Source: the human T2T-CHM13v2.0 reference genome, Homo sapiens
Length of the DNA: 64,000 bases
Reading direction: 5' to 3' (one strand)
Assembly: GCF_009914755.1 (NCBI RefSeq)
Contig: NC_060937.1
A program made the translations under genes and the position numbers. The stretch's first letter is position 1. Each line of letters begins with the position of its first letter. Shown in pieces: positions 1 to 17,066 of this stretch. The notes beneath the pieces were generated by a model. The model was not told the origin of the DNA. It searched no databases and saw only the letters and a program-made list of their open reading frames with translations.

Positions 1-287
1 ATAGCGGCATCCAGGGGACAGCATGGAGGTGGAACAGGCTCAGAGAGTCTCCAAAAGCTTTAGATCAGCAAAATCTGGTTTCCCATTGCCAATATTTGAG
101 AAAATAAGAAGACTCATGAGCTGTCCATCTGGTCGGGCGCTGCCTGAAATGCCTGTCACTTATTCAGCAGTTCTCCTTCTTGAAACGCAGTCCGTCTATA
201 GTTTCATATTTCACCACTGAAGCAGAACTTGAAAGTGATTACGAGTCCTTTGCATAACTGTTAGATTTTTTTCTTGATTTCTTTTTT

Positions 288-306
288 CTTAGCCACCTGG
301 TGGCAA
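288..306 (-). promoter_or_regulatory. Candidate CTCF motif
   Basis: Minus strand TTGCCACCAGGTGGCTAAG matches the CCACCAGGTGGC core; the 3' flank is non-consensus. Confidence 0.4.
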
Positions 307-432
307 GAGTGTAAAAGGCAGGATTTAAGAGTTTATGATGATAGTTTACAAATCACAACCACTTCATATGCCTGGTACACGTTTAAAAGCATGCATACGC
401 AGACCAGGTGAACCGAACAAGGAAAGGGCTAG

Positions 433-807
<375 letters not shown>

Positions 808-3369
808 TAACATAAAAACCACCTTTATAAATGGTGCCTCAAGAAAATATTCATCTTTATATGAAAATTTCATGACAGGAGGAAATGTTAGTAAAATCTG
901 TATGTCATCATGTCAAAGCATCTGTTTTCTCCACATGATATATCAAGCCAGTAACAATGCATACTGCCAGTTGGCAAGTTAAGACTTTGTTAGAAAAAAG
1001 TAAAATGATTTAGACTTGGGTAGCATGAAGCTCAGGCCCCTGCCAGAGGGGCTCTGCCACTGGCCAGGGAGAAATAGTGTCAGAATCATAAACTCCTGGT
1101 CCAGAAGGTGGCATGGCAAAGAGCTTATCTCTATCTTTACATTTGCTGCATTAATTTGCTTTTGTCATTCAATACCTCGTGTCAAAATTGGCCCCAGCAG
1201 ATCCTGGGCCCACCAGACTCACGAAGGGCATGGTGATCACGGCTGTACACTGGTTTCAAGGACACCAACTGCTGCTCTAGTCCTTCTGTGACCACCAGCA
1301 GCCCCACACTGTGCCAGCCCTGAGCAAACGCAGCCATTCTACATGGTGGAGATGGAGTAAGAGTCACATGCGATGTTGTGCACGTTTCCCCTAGAGAGGG
1401 TTTTTCTTACTTTATGGAAACCTTCTTGTGTCTCATCAAGTAGCCACTTCCCCTCCCTCCCCCACTGTAACATTATTTTCCCTGGAGAAAACGCCGAGTG
1501 TCTGATATAGTTACACATTAATTCTTCAGAAGTTTCTTAGAACTGTAGGAAACAGGTGAAAAAACAAAATGCCTTGAACTTTCAACCTGTGCCTGGCCTG
1601 TGTGCGCGAGGCGGGCCCTAAGGTCACTCTTCCCCGCGCGGCTCGGGGCGACGTGCCAGGGAGGGCTCGGGCCGCATCCTGTTGGCTCTTTGATGCTTTC
1701 GTTTTGTCGCTTGCTAGTTTCTTTACAGCAAAGGCAAGGGCTTCCTGCTAAGGCAGACCCCTCACCAGCCCCACTGCATACCCCGGAAAAGTCCCTGGCA
1801 AAACACCTTTCTTCCATTATCTGCACCGGCCCCGGTAAAACGCTGGCGCCTTTGAAATCAGAGGCCAGGGTCTCCTCTTCACAGTTCGCTCAAGACACTG
1901 AACACTTACGGGTCTGTGAAATCAAACGGACACTTGGTCCCTGATGCCACCCCAGGCCTCCTGAATGCTCCTCAGCAACCATCCCTTGAGTTTTTACTCT
2001 TTGGCCATGCCAAATATAAATAACGATTTTTTTCATGCCATATCACTTTAAAGGCAATTGTGTTGCCACCTTTAAAATGTTCAGTGACCAACAACGCAGA
2101 CATGACCATCTCCTGCATCCCCATGTCTGCTTCAAGTATGGAAAGGAATCACTGGAAAATCCCAAGATGCCAGGCCAGGGAACGAGCTCTATGCAAACAG
2201 GCAGGATGGAGAACCGGCCAGGGCCATGGCCCCAAATTCCAGGCACGGCAGCAGGAGCGGAGGTGCTGCCAGCCCCTGCTGCCTCCTGGTGTGACACTCA
2301 GAAGGCGCAGCGGAGGCGGCAGCAGGAGGCAGAGCCAGGAACACATGCTGGGCAGGCGGCCAGCGGCCCAACACTGGAGATGCCGTCAACCTCGTCACAC
2401 AGGGCCAACCTGCAGGCACGGCCTCAGGAACCTGGCTCCACTTGCCGGACCTACCTGTGGCTCACGGGGGATCAACGCCACCCCCAAGGGAGAGCCCTGA
2501 CTCCATGCCCACCCCATGCCAAGTGCTTTACTTACATTCTTCACCTGGTGCTCCAAACCACATGGTGAGGCCGCTTCACTCCCAGCTTCTCCCCCCTTTT
2601 GCAGATGGGGAAGCTGGGGCAGAGGTGAAGTGACTCACACACAAGGCGACCCAGGCAAGGGCAGCAGAGCCTTCACGTCCCTTCCTGACCTCCTTCCTGA
2701 CCTCCACGTCCCAGGGCCCCTGGAGGAGGGCACCCCCTCACTGCCCCCAAGCACTCCAGGGCCCCAGGCAGCCAGTGGCCTGGGCTGCCCTCATACCAGG
2801 CTCCAGTCACATCTGCCGTGGCCTCCTGAATCTAGAAGGTGCCCTCAGGGTTTATTAAGCACACCCTGGGCTGCCTGCCTGCCTGGCATGTGCCATGGAA
2901 CTGGCACTCAGAAGCTGCCACTATCCTGAAATTCCCGATTTTGTCTTTGTATTTTGTAAGCAAAGCGAAGCCTGCTGGAATAACACAGCACTCCTGTGAG
3001 TGGAGAGCCCAGGAGTGTGGGATCGTGGTAGACCCAGGGTGTGGGGCTTTCTGGCATTAGGGTGAAGCTTGGGTGAGCTGCTGCACTTCCCATTGCAAGC
3101 AGAACCTGTTCCCCCTACAGAAGGAAGTAAGGGTTCGGAGAATTCAGACACCAAAGGCCCCATCATGTCCCTTCCTACACATGCGTCAGCCAACCACATA
3201 CTCGGAAAATGACACAGAAAGCCAGGGCAACCTGCTGGGCCACCCAGAGTGCCTTTCCCCCTCTTTTCCTCCATCATCAGTAGGTGAAGGCAGACAGTGT
3301 TGATAGAATATGTGCACCTCAAGAGGTGAAAAACAGCTCAGTTAACTTTCTGATAAGAATGAAATAGAT

Positions 3370-3742
<373 letters not shown>

Positions 3743-3813
3743 TTAAAACTGATATTGTACAACATAAAGATGAATGAAAAACTCCATGCTGAGAATTTTG
3801 TAATAAGGAAATA

Positions 3814-3965
3814 GACTGGGTGCAGTGGCTCATGCCTGTAATCCCAGCATTTTGGGAGGCTGAGGTGGGGGGATCGCTTGAGCCCAGGAAGTCAAGGCCA
3901 CAATAAGCCATGATCTCACCACTGCAGCATGGGCCTCAGAGTGAGACCCTGTCTCTGAATAAATA
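3814..3965 (+). mobile_element. Alu monomer (FLAM/FRAM-like)
   Basis: Single-arm Alu sequence. Confidence 0.8.
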
Positions 3966-6349
3966 ATAACAAATATGGAATATGTAATAAAATAATGTTT
4001 AGTTTTTAACAACTAAAACCCTCCATGCCAAGTTGCGAGGCTGAGCTGCGAGTCAGCAGAGGAAAGGGCTGCCGCCTCTTCTAGGTCTCTCGACTGCACC
4101 TTTTCTTGCTTTTCGAGCAAGGGAGTCGCATGGCCCATCCTCATGCCTCTAAACCACAGCTCCTCGAGGGCGAGGTCTCGCCTTCTCTTCCTTTCACCCC
4201 CCTACGTCATCTGGCACGGCCCGGCGCATGCAGTAGGCACTTCATAAATACTGCAGGAAGCCAAGGGGCCATCCCACTCAGCCCAGATTCCCAAAGAGGC
4301 ACGATGGGCCTTCAGGCTGTTGGGAATCCTTCAAGTTCTCCTTGTCTCTCAAACCCTACAGGTTCAAACATAGCCCTGGGGGCACATTCATAGGCCCTGG
4401 ATTCAGTGCCGGCTCTGCCACCTCTTCCTTCCCACAAGACAACCAGGTCTCCAGACCCTCAGACCAGGCCCGGGAGCAGGGCAGAAGCAGGACGTGCAGA
4501 GTAGCCAGGCGGGATGTAATCAGCCCCCATCACAGCCACTGACAATGAACCTGCAAAACTCACCTCCCGGGACAGCACCCAGACCAGAGGGGGTGGGGTA
4601 CTTGCTGCCGCAGACACAGGGCCCTCTGGGGAGATGGAAATGCTCCTTATACTGATTGGGCAGCGGTTCCATGGGGGATACATTTGTCAAAATCATTGAC
4701 CTATCTGTGCACTTAATCTGTGGATTTTGTTGTATGTAAATTATACCTCAAAAAAGGTAATCTAAAAACAAGACTGAATGAGCTCACGGGAGGCAGGCAG
4801 GCCCCGCGCAGGCCTGGTCTGCGCTTACTGTCACTCGTGTGCGTTCTTGTCGGAGCTCAGCAGGCTTCATAGCCCCGAATCAGAAGCTGAAGCTCCTCAT
4901 CTTTTCTTTAGGGTTTCCACAAGTACCCAAGTCTGTCCAAAGCATTTCTACAGATTTGTGCTGGCTTCCCTTACACTCACTTGCTTTCTGGAGACATTCA
5001 ATAAAACAGGACAAGAACGAGACATCTCTTGGCAGCAGGGTCAAGGTCGAGCAGGCCCAGAGGCATGAGATGGCCGTAATCCCTGCAGGCCTGGGCACTG
5101 GGGTGGAGACCAGGGCCTTCTCTGCCCACCCAGGCCCCATGCACACCAGCTGTTGACTAAGCAGTGAGTTCCCACGAAGAAACACAGCAAACGGTTTGCC
5201 TTTTAGAGTATTTTTCCAGGCCTGCTGGAAGACGGTGCAGCAATCACACGCTGGCAGTTGCTCAAAATATGTTTATTCTGCCTGGGGCAGCAAAACCCCG
5301 GGCAGCCGGGAAAAGCCAAGAATCTGTGGCTTGTCCCAGCCCGCTCTCCACTTGTTAAATAGGACACCCAGGTCTGGCTGATGGCAGGCAACTTCTCGTC
5401 TACCTTGTGTGCTCCCAAAGGTCTGGATTGTTTCAACTCCGGCAGAAGGCAAGGGAGGCCTGGGAATGCCACCTGTGCCTTTCTGCTGTTCATTTTTCTA
5501 GAGCATGGCTGCTTTTCATTTGGAACCTTTGGGCTAGAAATACTTTGAGTTTGAAACAGGAATAAAATATATATTAGTGTTTTGTTTTTTAGAAACATCT
5601 TAAGGTTGTATTGATGAACATAGTTTTATATTACTGTTTTGCCTTCTTAAGTGAGAAATAGAGAATCCAACTTTAAGTTAGAAGAAGCACAAAACAATTA
5701 CAAAATATCACAGTCATTCTCTTCTCTAGGTGGTTTGCTGACAGAATATTCTAGAAGGATGAGAATATGTAAGAATAGGAAGTTAAACCTACTTAAAAGT
5801 GAAGAAATACAAATTAAAGATACAGGTGAGGCCCCTGGCGAGGCTTGGGCCAGCGCGCCCTGTATTTAGCAGCTTAGCCATCTGGTTGCTTTGGGAGGAT
5901 CAAGTCCCCTGGAGAGGGACTGCACACAGTGGGTACAAAAATAGTGAGATCCCCATAAACAGGAACAATTATCTTGTGCCCTTAAAGTTTAAAATTAAAA
6001 AAATGTAAGAACCGAGAGCTGATAAACAGAGGTCAAAGCCACACTCCTGTCAAACATCTGGGAAGAGGCCTTCCTGGCCCAGGCCAAGCAAGGCAAAGCC
6101 ACAACAGGGTGGGATAGACTGCAGGCACATCCAGGGGACACAGGGTCCACAGGAGAGCCAACCAGGGAGGCCACCACCCAACATTGTGGAGCAGAATAAA
6201 TGCATCAGCATGAATTAGTCAAAGTATTTCAGAGAATACTTTCAAAGATAACCACCAAATACAACTGCAAGATGTCAAATTTAAAATCCCTAGGAATGCC
6301 ACCTCCACTACGCGTGGAGGCTGAGCGCAGCTTAGAAACCACCACCCAT

Positions 6350-6742
<393 letters not shown>

Positions 6743-7523
6743 CTATATCCCACTGCCCAGAAACATGAAATCAGGAGCTAAAAGGAACCCAACTGGCCAT
6801 TGAAAACTGGGCAACAAGTTGTATCATAGCTAGCTGGTCTCTTGTGCCAGCGGCAGGGAGCTGGGTCAGGGCCCAGCCAGACTCCGCCTCCAGTGGGCTC
6901 TGTAAGGCAGGACTCGTTTTGGTAGTAATAACAGGTTTGCCTTCAGCATCACCTTTCGCTAAGAATATTATTAAAACCAGTTTAAACCCTCCAAAAAGAT
7001 GCTAACTACCTGGAGATCATATAGCCAGAGGTGGCAGATAAAAGAAAGGAAAGCAACTCTAGAAAAGTCCATTGCTTACGTCAGTGCACCCAAGGAGATG
7101 AGACCTCATCCCCAACACACATGAGCACATACACACAATGCCATTTTCACACATTTGAAAAAAATAAACATTTTTAAAGATAAAAGCATAGAATTCAAAA
7201 TTAAGCCTGATTAAGTTTTTTTGTATAAATTATCTTGTTCCCAAAGCATTCAAATCCTTTCAGTGCTTGTATAATTACCCCAAGTTAAATTCAATTAAAA
7301 TGGCTGAGAGCGAAGTTAAGACTCAACTACAAGGAAGAAGGGAGCGGGGAAGGCAATTCGGCATGTGTCCCTGAGCGAGCTTCTACAGCCCCTGCACAGA
7401 GTGGGTCCATCTGCCACATTCCTGTGAGTCCTGAACGTGAACGCACGGCCGGCCACTGTGTGCTGGCCGGACAGCCTGAATTCTGAGGCCAAAACTTCCA
7501 GAAAAAGGCATTGAGCTGGAGGG

Positions 7524-7593
7524 ACTGGCCCTTCTAAGGAAACTGGATGCGCTGAATGAATTAAATCCGAGCCGATTATACTCTACACACTCA

Positions 7594-7626
<33 letters not shown>

Positions 7627-7686
7627 ACCACTGGCCCTTCTAAGGAAACTGGATGCGCTGAATGAATTAAATCCGAGCCGATTATA

Positions 7687-7729
<43 letters not shown>

Positions 7730-7732
7730 ACT
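7524..7732. repeat. Tandem duplication (~106-bp unit), each copy ending in a (CA)n microsatellite
   Basis: ACTGGCCCTTCTAAGG...ATTATACTCTACACAC is identical at 7524 and 7630. Confidence 0.97.
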
Positions 7733-8271
7733 TTTAAAAGCACCATTATAGCCAGAAACCGCTGACAAAAGCCAGGCCAGGCTGCAGCCAAACACGCCAG
7801 TCTTTGGGTTTACAACTCCTTGGCCTCCCCAGTGTTGGGGGTGGAACCCAGGACCCTAGACATTATTTAAAAGCACATTTGGGTATATACTTGGCTTTTG
7901 AAAAAGCACTTAAAGGCCCACGCACAGGCCACTCCCGAGACAGTGGAATGCCCCGAGAGAACGTGCAAAGCCCCAGCTGTTGCTGTGTGGTTATTAGGGA
8001 GAGAGGCGGCTCCTCCCACTGAGGCGCTTTCTCCAATCCACTCGCTTCAGAAACAGCAGAACAGCCGCTTTGTTTTTCATTATGGAGTTGTTGTTTTTTC
8101 TCCCCAAATTTACAGTGTTCTTTCAGTCATGAAGTTAAAATCATGTTTACTCAGCCATTTTCTGAATTGAACAGCTCACACATGTGAGGCATTTAACTTT
8201 TTTGGGAGGAGTATATAAAAGTTTTATCATTTCTCTCATCCAAAACTACTTTCTTAATTAAAAAACAACAA

Positions 8272-8830
<559 letters not shown>

Positions 8831-10832
8831 CTAAACTCCTAGTTGAAGCACCTTAAAAGTGTTCAACCCTTTATTGGCCCTTTGAGTGGGTCCCCTAAAA
8901 TCCAGGACCCCCAGGCTGTGCTGTCCAGGGGGCACCTGTGCCCAGGCAGAGAAGGGCTGAGGAACGGGGCACAGCTGCCCAAAGAAGGTGCTCCCATCCC
9001 TTCGATGTACAGGGTTTTTCTTTAAAATTCATGCAAATTTGGCGTTGTTTTAATATAACAATGATTATACTTATTTTCAGGTTAAGGAATTTCTCTCCCT
9101 TCCCTTTGCCCCCATCTAAAGGCAATTCCCTAGGGAGCAGGTCTCTGTCTCTCAGAGGGGGCAAGACCAGTACAAAGAGGTAGGCTATACCTCCTCCCCT
9201 GGCCTAGCACCCCAGAAGGAAAGGAGGTGCTGCCTGGCTGGGGTAGCTCCCTGTGGGCACACTCCCTCCAGACCATGCTGGCTCTACAGCCACCCGCACC
9301 TGAGGGGCCCTTGACCCTTCTCCCAGCCATGTGCAGGGCAAGCTTTGAGTGTGGTCCAGGCCAGATCTCTCAGGAAGGCAAAGCCTGGTGGAAACTTGCC
9401 CTGTGAATTTCTAATTTCCCCAGGAGAGAAGAAGAAAATTCAATGGATGGGGGCTGTCAGGGGCTCTCCAGGAACTGATTTTGTTCTCTCCTGGGGAAAT
9501 GAGGAATTCACAAACTGGGCCTCCAACAGCCCCGTGACGAGGCAGGTGTTACTGTCCCATCCCACACATGGGAAACTGAGGCTCAGAAGAGTTATTTAAC
9601 TGACACAGCAAAGCTGTTATGGGCTGGATTTAAGCCAGGGATTGATCCAAAATCTACACGCCACCCCCCAACATACTCTGTGGTCAACTAGGAGAAACAG
9701 ACGGGGAAGTTCTCTGTTGAAGAAGAGACTGAAGCTCTAGCTGGTTCTCCCAGCAAACACAACCATTCTGAGATGTCAAGACGGTGACCTGTCGTGAGCC
9801 TTGTTATCAATCCCCACCTATTGTTCCTGTGCAAGGGGCTGTGCTTTGAGTCCTTTTCTTTCCAACTTTAAAAACCAAAGCTAGATGTAAAGGTTTTCTA
9901 AGGCCAGGAGTGCCTGCCAGCCACTTAATGTTTCTGTTAAGATCATCTGCCCAGTGCTCAGGACGTCCAGGCTGGCTGACAGGCCATTCATTCATTCACT
10001 CATTCAGGAGGTACTGAGCATCTAGGACGGGCCAGGCATCCAAAGACAGAAAAAGCAACAGTCCTTGTTCGTAAAAAGCTGCAGCCTGGTGGGGTGGCAG
10101 AGATGCTGAGTGCTGCTGATGAGAGGACACTCTAGAGTGGGGACAATGAGTCCCGCATCAGGACCAGGTGTCAAGTGTCCTGCAGGAGAGGGCGACCCAG
10201 GCAAGCAGTAGAGCCTCTGGGGATACCCAGGAGCAGGCAGGCCAGGTGGCGGGTGGCTGGGGAGGGGAGGGGGACCTGAGCAGAGGGGACGGTGGGCTGT
10301 TGGGGGAACAGAAAGCATGCCAGCAGGCAGGGCGAGGCAGGGCCCGGGCCTCCAAGGGCCTTCCATGGTATCTTATGGAGTCAGATTTCGGCTTCTGTGT
10401 GATGAGAGCCGTTCGAGGGCACTACGCCTGGGAGGTGCATGGTAAGATCTGGGTTTTAAAATATTGTGCAGTGAATCCCCAGGGAAGACTGCGTGGCAGT
10501 TTTAGGAAAGCTGAGACTGTGTGTCCCCAAGGACCGGCAATTCCACTCCCAGGCAGATGCAGGCAAAAATGTGAATGCAGGTTCACCAAAATGGCAAGAA
10601 TGGGAATGTGCTGGTCAGCACCAGGTGTCATATCCCCAAAGCAGACACAACTGAAATGTCCACCAACAGTCAAATGGGCCAGTCAACTGTGGTATACCTG
10701 GGATACTCTATGGCAACAAGAATGAATAGGGGCAGCAACACGATGGCATTCACCATGAGCAGCACCACCTGAGAGCGGCCAGACAAGGGCACACACTGCA
10801 GGACAAGTTTACCTGAAGGTAAAGAAGTAGCA

Positions 10833-11237
<405 letters not shown>

Positions 11238-12513
11238 CTAAGCCTTAAAAACAAAGATTAACAGTAGAGGACAGATTTTTCAAGGGCCAGAGCTACACAA
11301 AGGAAACACAATGAACAAAGATACATAATTAATTACTACATATAGTTAGTACTACACATAATTAAGTGGAATTCAGAGGTGATGGAGATCAAAGGCTTCA
11401 TGGACATTGCCTGGCCTGAACTGGACACAGAAACCAGATATTTCCCAGGTCTTGAGATGGACAGTTGCCCACCCTTCCTTTATGTTCCCCCAGGGGATGA
11501 AAGCCAAGGTACATTTCTCAGGGGTTCAGAAAGTTCCAAGTCATCATTTAGTCCTCTCAGATTGAAAAAACTCCTATTGCAGAAAAGTTAAATGATACCA
11601 ACTAGAAGCAGACAGATCCAGAATGTGAGGCATTTTAGGGGAGAAATGATTATAAGACAGTTTATTGCATTAGAAAAAGTGAGGGTGATTTCCCTTACAT
11701 TAACGATTTCAGGTACAGCCATGGGTAAATGTACAGACCTTGTTTGGATTCTGATTTGAAGATATGACCTATACACAATGACATTTTTGAGACACTTAGG
11801 AAAATCTTACAGGTAAATCTAGGTAATAAGAGTCTACCAAGGAATCACGATTAATATTTTAAGGTATGGTAATGGCATTGTGGTCCTGTAAGAAAATATC
11901 CTTATTTTTTCAGAGACGCATATGGAAGTATCTAGCATTTGAAAATATCACGTCTGGAACATACTTTAAAATATGTCAGCATATCAAAGAAAAGAGGGAA
12001 TTGATAAGGCATGTGTGCAAAGGCTCGATAGTTATTGAAACTGGGTGATGGATATATGAGAATCATTGTACTGCTCTATTACTTTTATAGGTAAACGAGA
12101 GAGAGAGAAAAGAAATCATCAGTATAAGAAATCAAGGAGGGAACATCACTATAAAACAAACGTTAAAAGGATAATAAGGGAACATAATGAACAACATTAT
12201 ACCAATAAATTCTACAACTTAACTGAAATGGAAAAATTCCTCAAAAGGTCTCAAGTATCAAAGCTCACTCAAGAAGAAGTAGATAACCTGCAAAGCCCTG
12301 TATCTACTCACAGTTAAAAACCCTTGCCCAGAGGCAGATGGCTTCATTGGTGAAATCTATTGAACACTTAAGGAAGAAATAATACCAATGTTTTCCAATA
12401 AATACCAAACAATTTTCCAGAAAATCAAAGAGGGAGGAGCACTTCTCAACTCCTTTTATGAAGCCAGTAGTACCTGATACCAAATCAAAGACATTGGTAG
12501 AAAAGAAAATTAC

Positions 12514-12968
<455 letters not shown>

Positions 12969-13910
12969 TTACAGGCCACTGTCCATCATAAACATAAATG
13001 TAAGAGTCTTGAACAAATACTAACAAAATTCAACAATATGTTAAAAGGATAATACATCATTACTAATGTTTCATCCTAGGAATGCAACGTAGTTTAATAT
13101 TTAAAAATCAGTCAATGAATTGCCATGCCATAGAAACAGATTAAAATGGAAAAACCACATGACGATCTCAATAAATACAGGGTAAGCACTTGATAAAATT
13201 CAGCAAATTTGAGATAAAAATTCCTAGCAAACTGGAAATCAAAGAGGACATCCTCGATCTACTAAAAAGGTTAAGTCTCTGAAAAACCTATGGCTAACAT
13301 CCTTCTCTTTGTAGTGAATAATCAAGTACTTTCCCTTGAGACTGGATGCAAGGCAAGGACGTCCACTCTTCCTACTTCTAAATCCTCGAGGTTCTAGCCA
13401 GGCTAATAAAGGAAGAAAAAGAAATAAAAGGCATACACTTCAGAAAGAAAGAAAACTATCTTTTTTGCAGTTAACATAACTGTCAGTACAGAAAATCCTA
13501 AGAAAATCTACCAAAAGGTTACTAGAACTAATGAGGTTAGCAAGGTTTTAGGATATAAGGCCAATATACAAAAATCAATTGTATTTGTATATTCTAGCAG
13601 GGGAAAACTGGAACTTGAAATTTAAAAATCCATTATCATTTATAGTATCACCAAAAAATCTGAAATACTTAGGGTCCAATTGTTTGAACAAAATATGTGC
13701 AAGACCTGTGCACTGAAAATTCCAAACACTGATGAGAGAATTTTAGTATCTAAATAAGTGGAGAGATATACCATGTTTTGATGGATAATTTTCACAGTAA
13801 AAATGTTAATTCTCCCCAAATTGAGTTAGACATTCAACACAATCTTAATGAAAATCCCAGGGGTTTTTTTTTTGTAGAAATTGATGAGCTAATTCTAAAA
13901 TTTATATAAA

Positions 13911-14086
13911 AGGTAACTTAAAGAGTGTAACTGGATTGTTTATAACTCAAAGGATAAATGCTTGAGGGCATGGATAACCCATTCTCCATGATGTGCGTAT
14001 TTCATATTGCATGCTTGTATCAAAGCATCTCATGTAACCCATAAATATACACATCTAATATGTACCCACAAAAATTAAAAAATAAA
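13911..14086 (+). mobile_element. 5'-truncated L1MA-type 3' end inserted in the older L1
   Basis: GGATAAATGCTTGAGG...TATGTACCCACAAAAATTAAAAAATAAA; flanks AAAATTTATATAAA and AAAACTTATATAAA. Confidence 0.8.
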
Positions 14087-14152
14087 ACTTATATAAACAT
14101 TTGAAGGATCTAGAATAGCCAAAACAACACTGAAAAAGCTGAACAAAGTTTC

Positions 14153-14462
14153 TCTTTTTTTTGAGGTGGAGTCTTGCTCTGTTGCCCAGGCTGGAGTGCA
14201 GTGATGCAATCTTGGCTCACTGCAATCTTGGCTCACTGCAACCTCCACCTCCCAGGTTCAAGCGATTCTCATGCCTCAGCCTCCCAAGCAGCTGGGACTA
14301 CAAGCATACACCACCACGCCTGGTAATGTTTTTCTATTTTTAGTAGAGATGGGGTTTTGCCATGTTGGCCAGACTGGTCTCAAACTCCTAGCCTTAAGTG
14401 ATCTGCCAGACTTGGCCTCCTAAAGTGCTGGGATTACAGGCTTTAGCCACCATGCCCAGCCC
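14153..14462 (-). mobile_element. Alu with internal 16-bp duplication
   Basis: Antisense dimer; TCTTGGCTCACTGCAA occurs twice; TSD AAGTTTCT. Confidence 0.92.
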
Positions 14463-15173
14463 GAAGTTTCTATTTCAATACTTAACTACAAAGTTACAAT
14501 AAACAAGACAGTGTGGAATTAGAGAAAAGATATGCATTAAGGTTGATGGAACATTCTTTTTGAGATAACGTGATATGGAATTAGTGGTGCGGGCTGCACA
14601 ACTTTGTGAATATACTAAGACCCACTTACTTGTATACTTTAAAGTGGTGACTTTTATGTTGTGTGAATTACTTCAATTAAAAAACAAAAACTAGTTAAAA
14701 AAATCAATGGTACAGAACAGAGTCCAGAAGTAGACCCCTACTTGTAGGGTCAACTGTTTTCAATAAAGATGCCAAAGTAATTCAATGGGGAATCTATAGA
14801 CTTTTAAACGAATGGTGCTGGAACAACTGCATATCCATATGCAAAAAAAATAGATTTTTAAAAACCTCTTATCTCACTCCCTATACACTAATTAACTCAA
14901 AATGTATCCAAATATAAGAGTTAAACTTTCTAGAAATCTTTTGATAGGACACAAAAAGCACAAATAATAAAAGAAAACATGAATAAGTTTTGACTTCAGA
15001 ATTTAAAACACCTACTCTCAAAAGACTCGGGTGAGTAAATGAAAAGGCAAATGTAGACAGAGAAAATATCTACAAAATAGCTATCTGATAAAGGACTGTT
15101 ATCCAGAATATACAAAGAACTCTCACACCTCAAGAAGAAGAAAAACAATCCAATTAAAAGTAGGCAAAACAAA

Positions 15174-15610
<437 letters not shown>

Positions 15611-16434
15611 TGTGCAAAAGATTTAAACTGACACTTTACCAAAGACCTATGAATCTCATGTAAGCACATGAACAGATGGATGCTCACTATCATTAGTTAT
15701 TAGGGAAATGCAAATAAAAACCACAAAGAGATACCATTAGAGTGGCTAACATTGAAGACTATTAATACCAAGTGTTGGCAAGATGTAGAGTAACTGAAAT
15801 GCTCATACATTGCTTCTGGGAATTCAAAATGGTACAGCAACTCTGGAAAGCAGTTTGACAGTGTCTTTAAAGTTAAACATACATTTACCATACAACCCAG
15901 CAATTTCACTTTGGGGAATAGACCCAAGATAAATGAACTCATATATCCACATAAAGACCTGTACATGACTGGAGGATGCTATGTGAAATGAAATAAGCCA
16001 GGCGTAGAAAGACAGATACTGCATGTTCCTGCTCACATATGGAATCTGAAAAACCTGACCTCCTAGGAGCAGAATGGTGGTTATCAGAGGCTGAGGTAGC
16101 TAGGGGGAGAGGGGATGGAGAGAGGTTGGTCAGAGAGCACACATTCACAGTTAGATGAGAGGAGTTAAAAAAATAAAAGAAAAATCTCCAGAATAGGCAA
16201 ACATACAGAAACAAAAACAAGTAATTGCCTGGAATTGGGGTGTAGGGGTGGTGGGTGTGGAGGATGGAGGAGGAGAGAAATAGGGAATGACCACTAATGG
16301 TTATGGAGTTTCTTTAATGGATGATGAAAGTGTTCTAAACCCACCACGGTGATCCATTTTATGAGTCAGAGCACAGCTCTGATGATGGTAAATGCAGCTC
16401 TGCACAACATCCCAAAAAACCACTGGACTATACA

Positions 16435-17066
<632 letters not shown>

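Noticed and set aside
2035-2929. 177, 146 and 137 aa ORFs
   Set aside because: Overlapping frames in GC-rich intron with no domain or exon structure.
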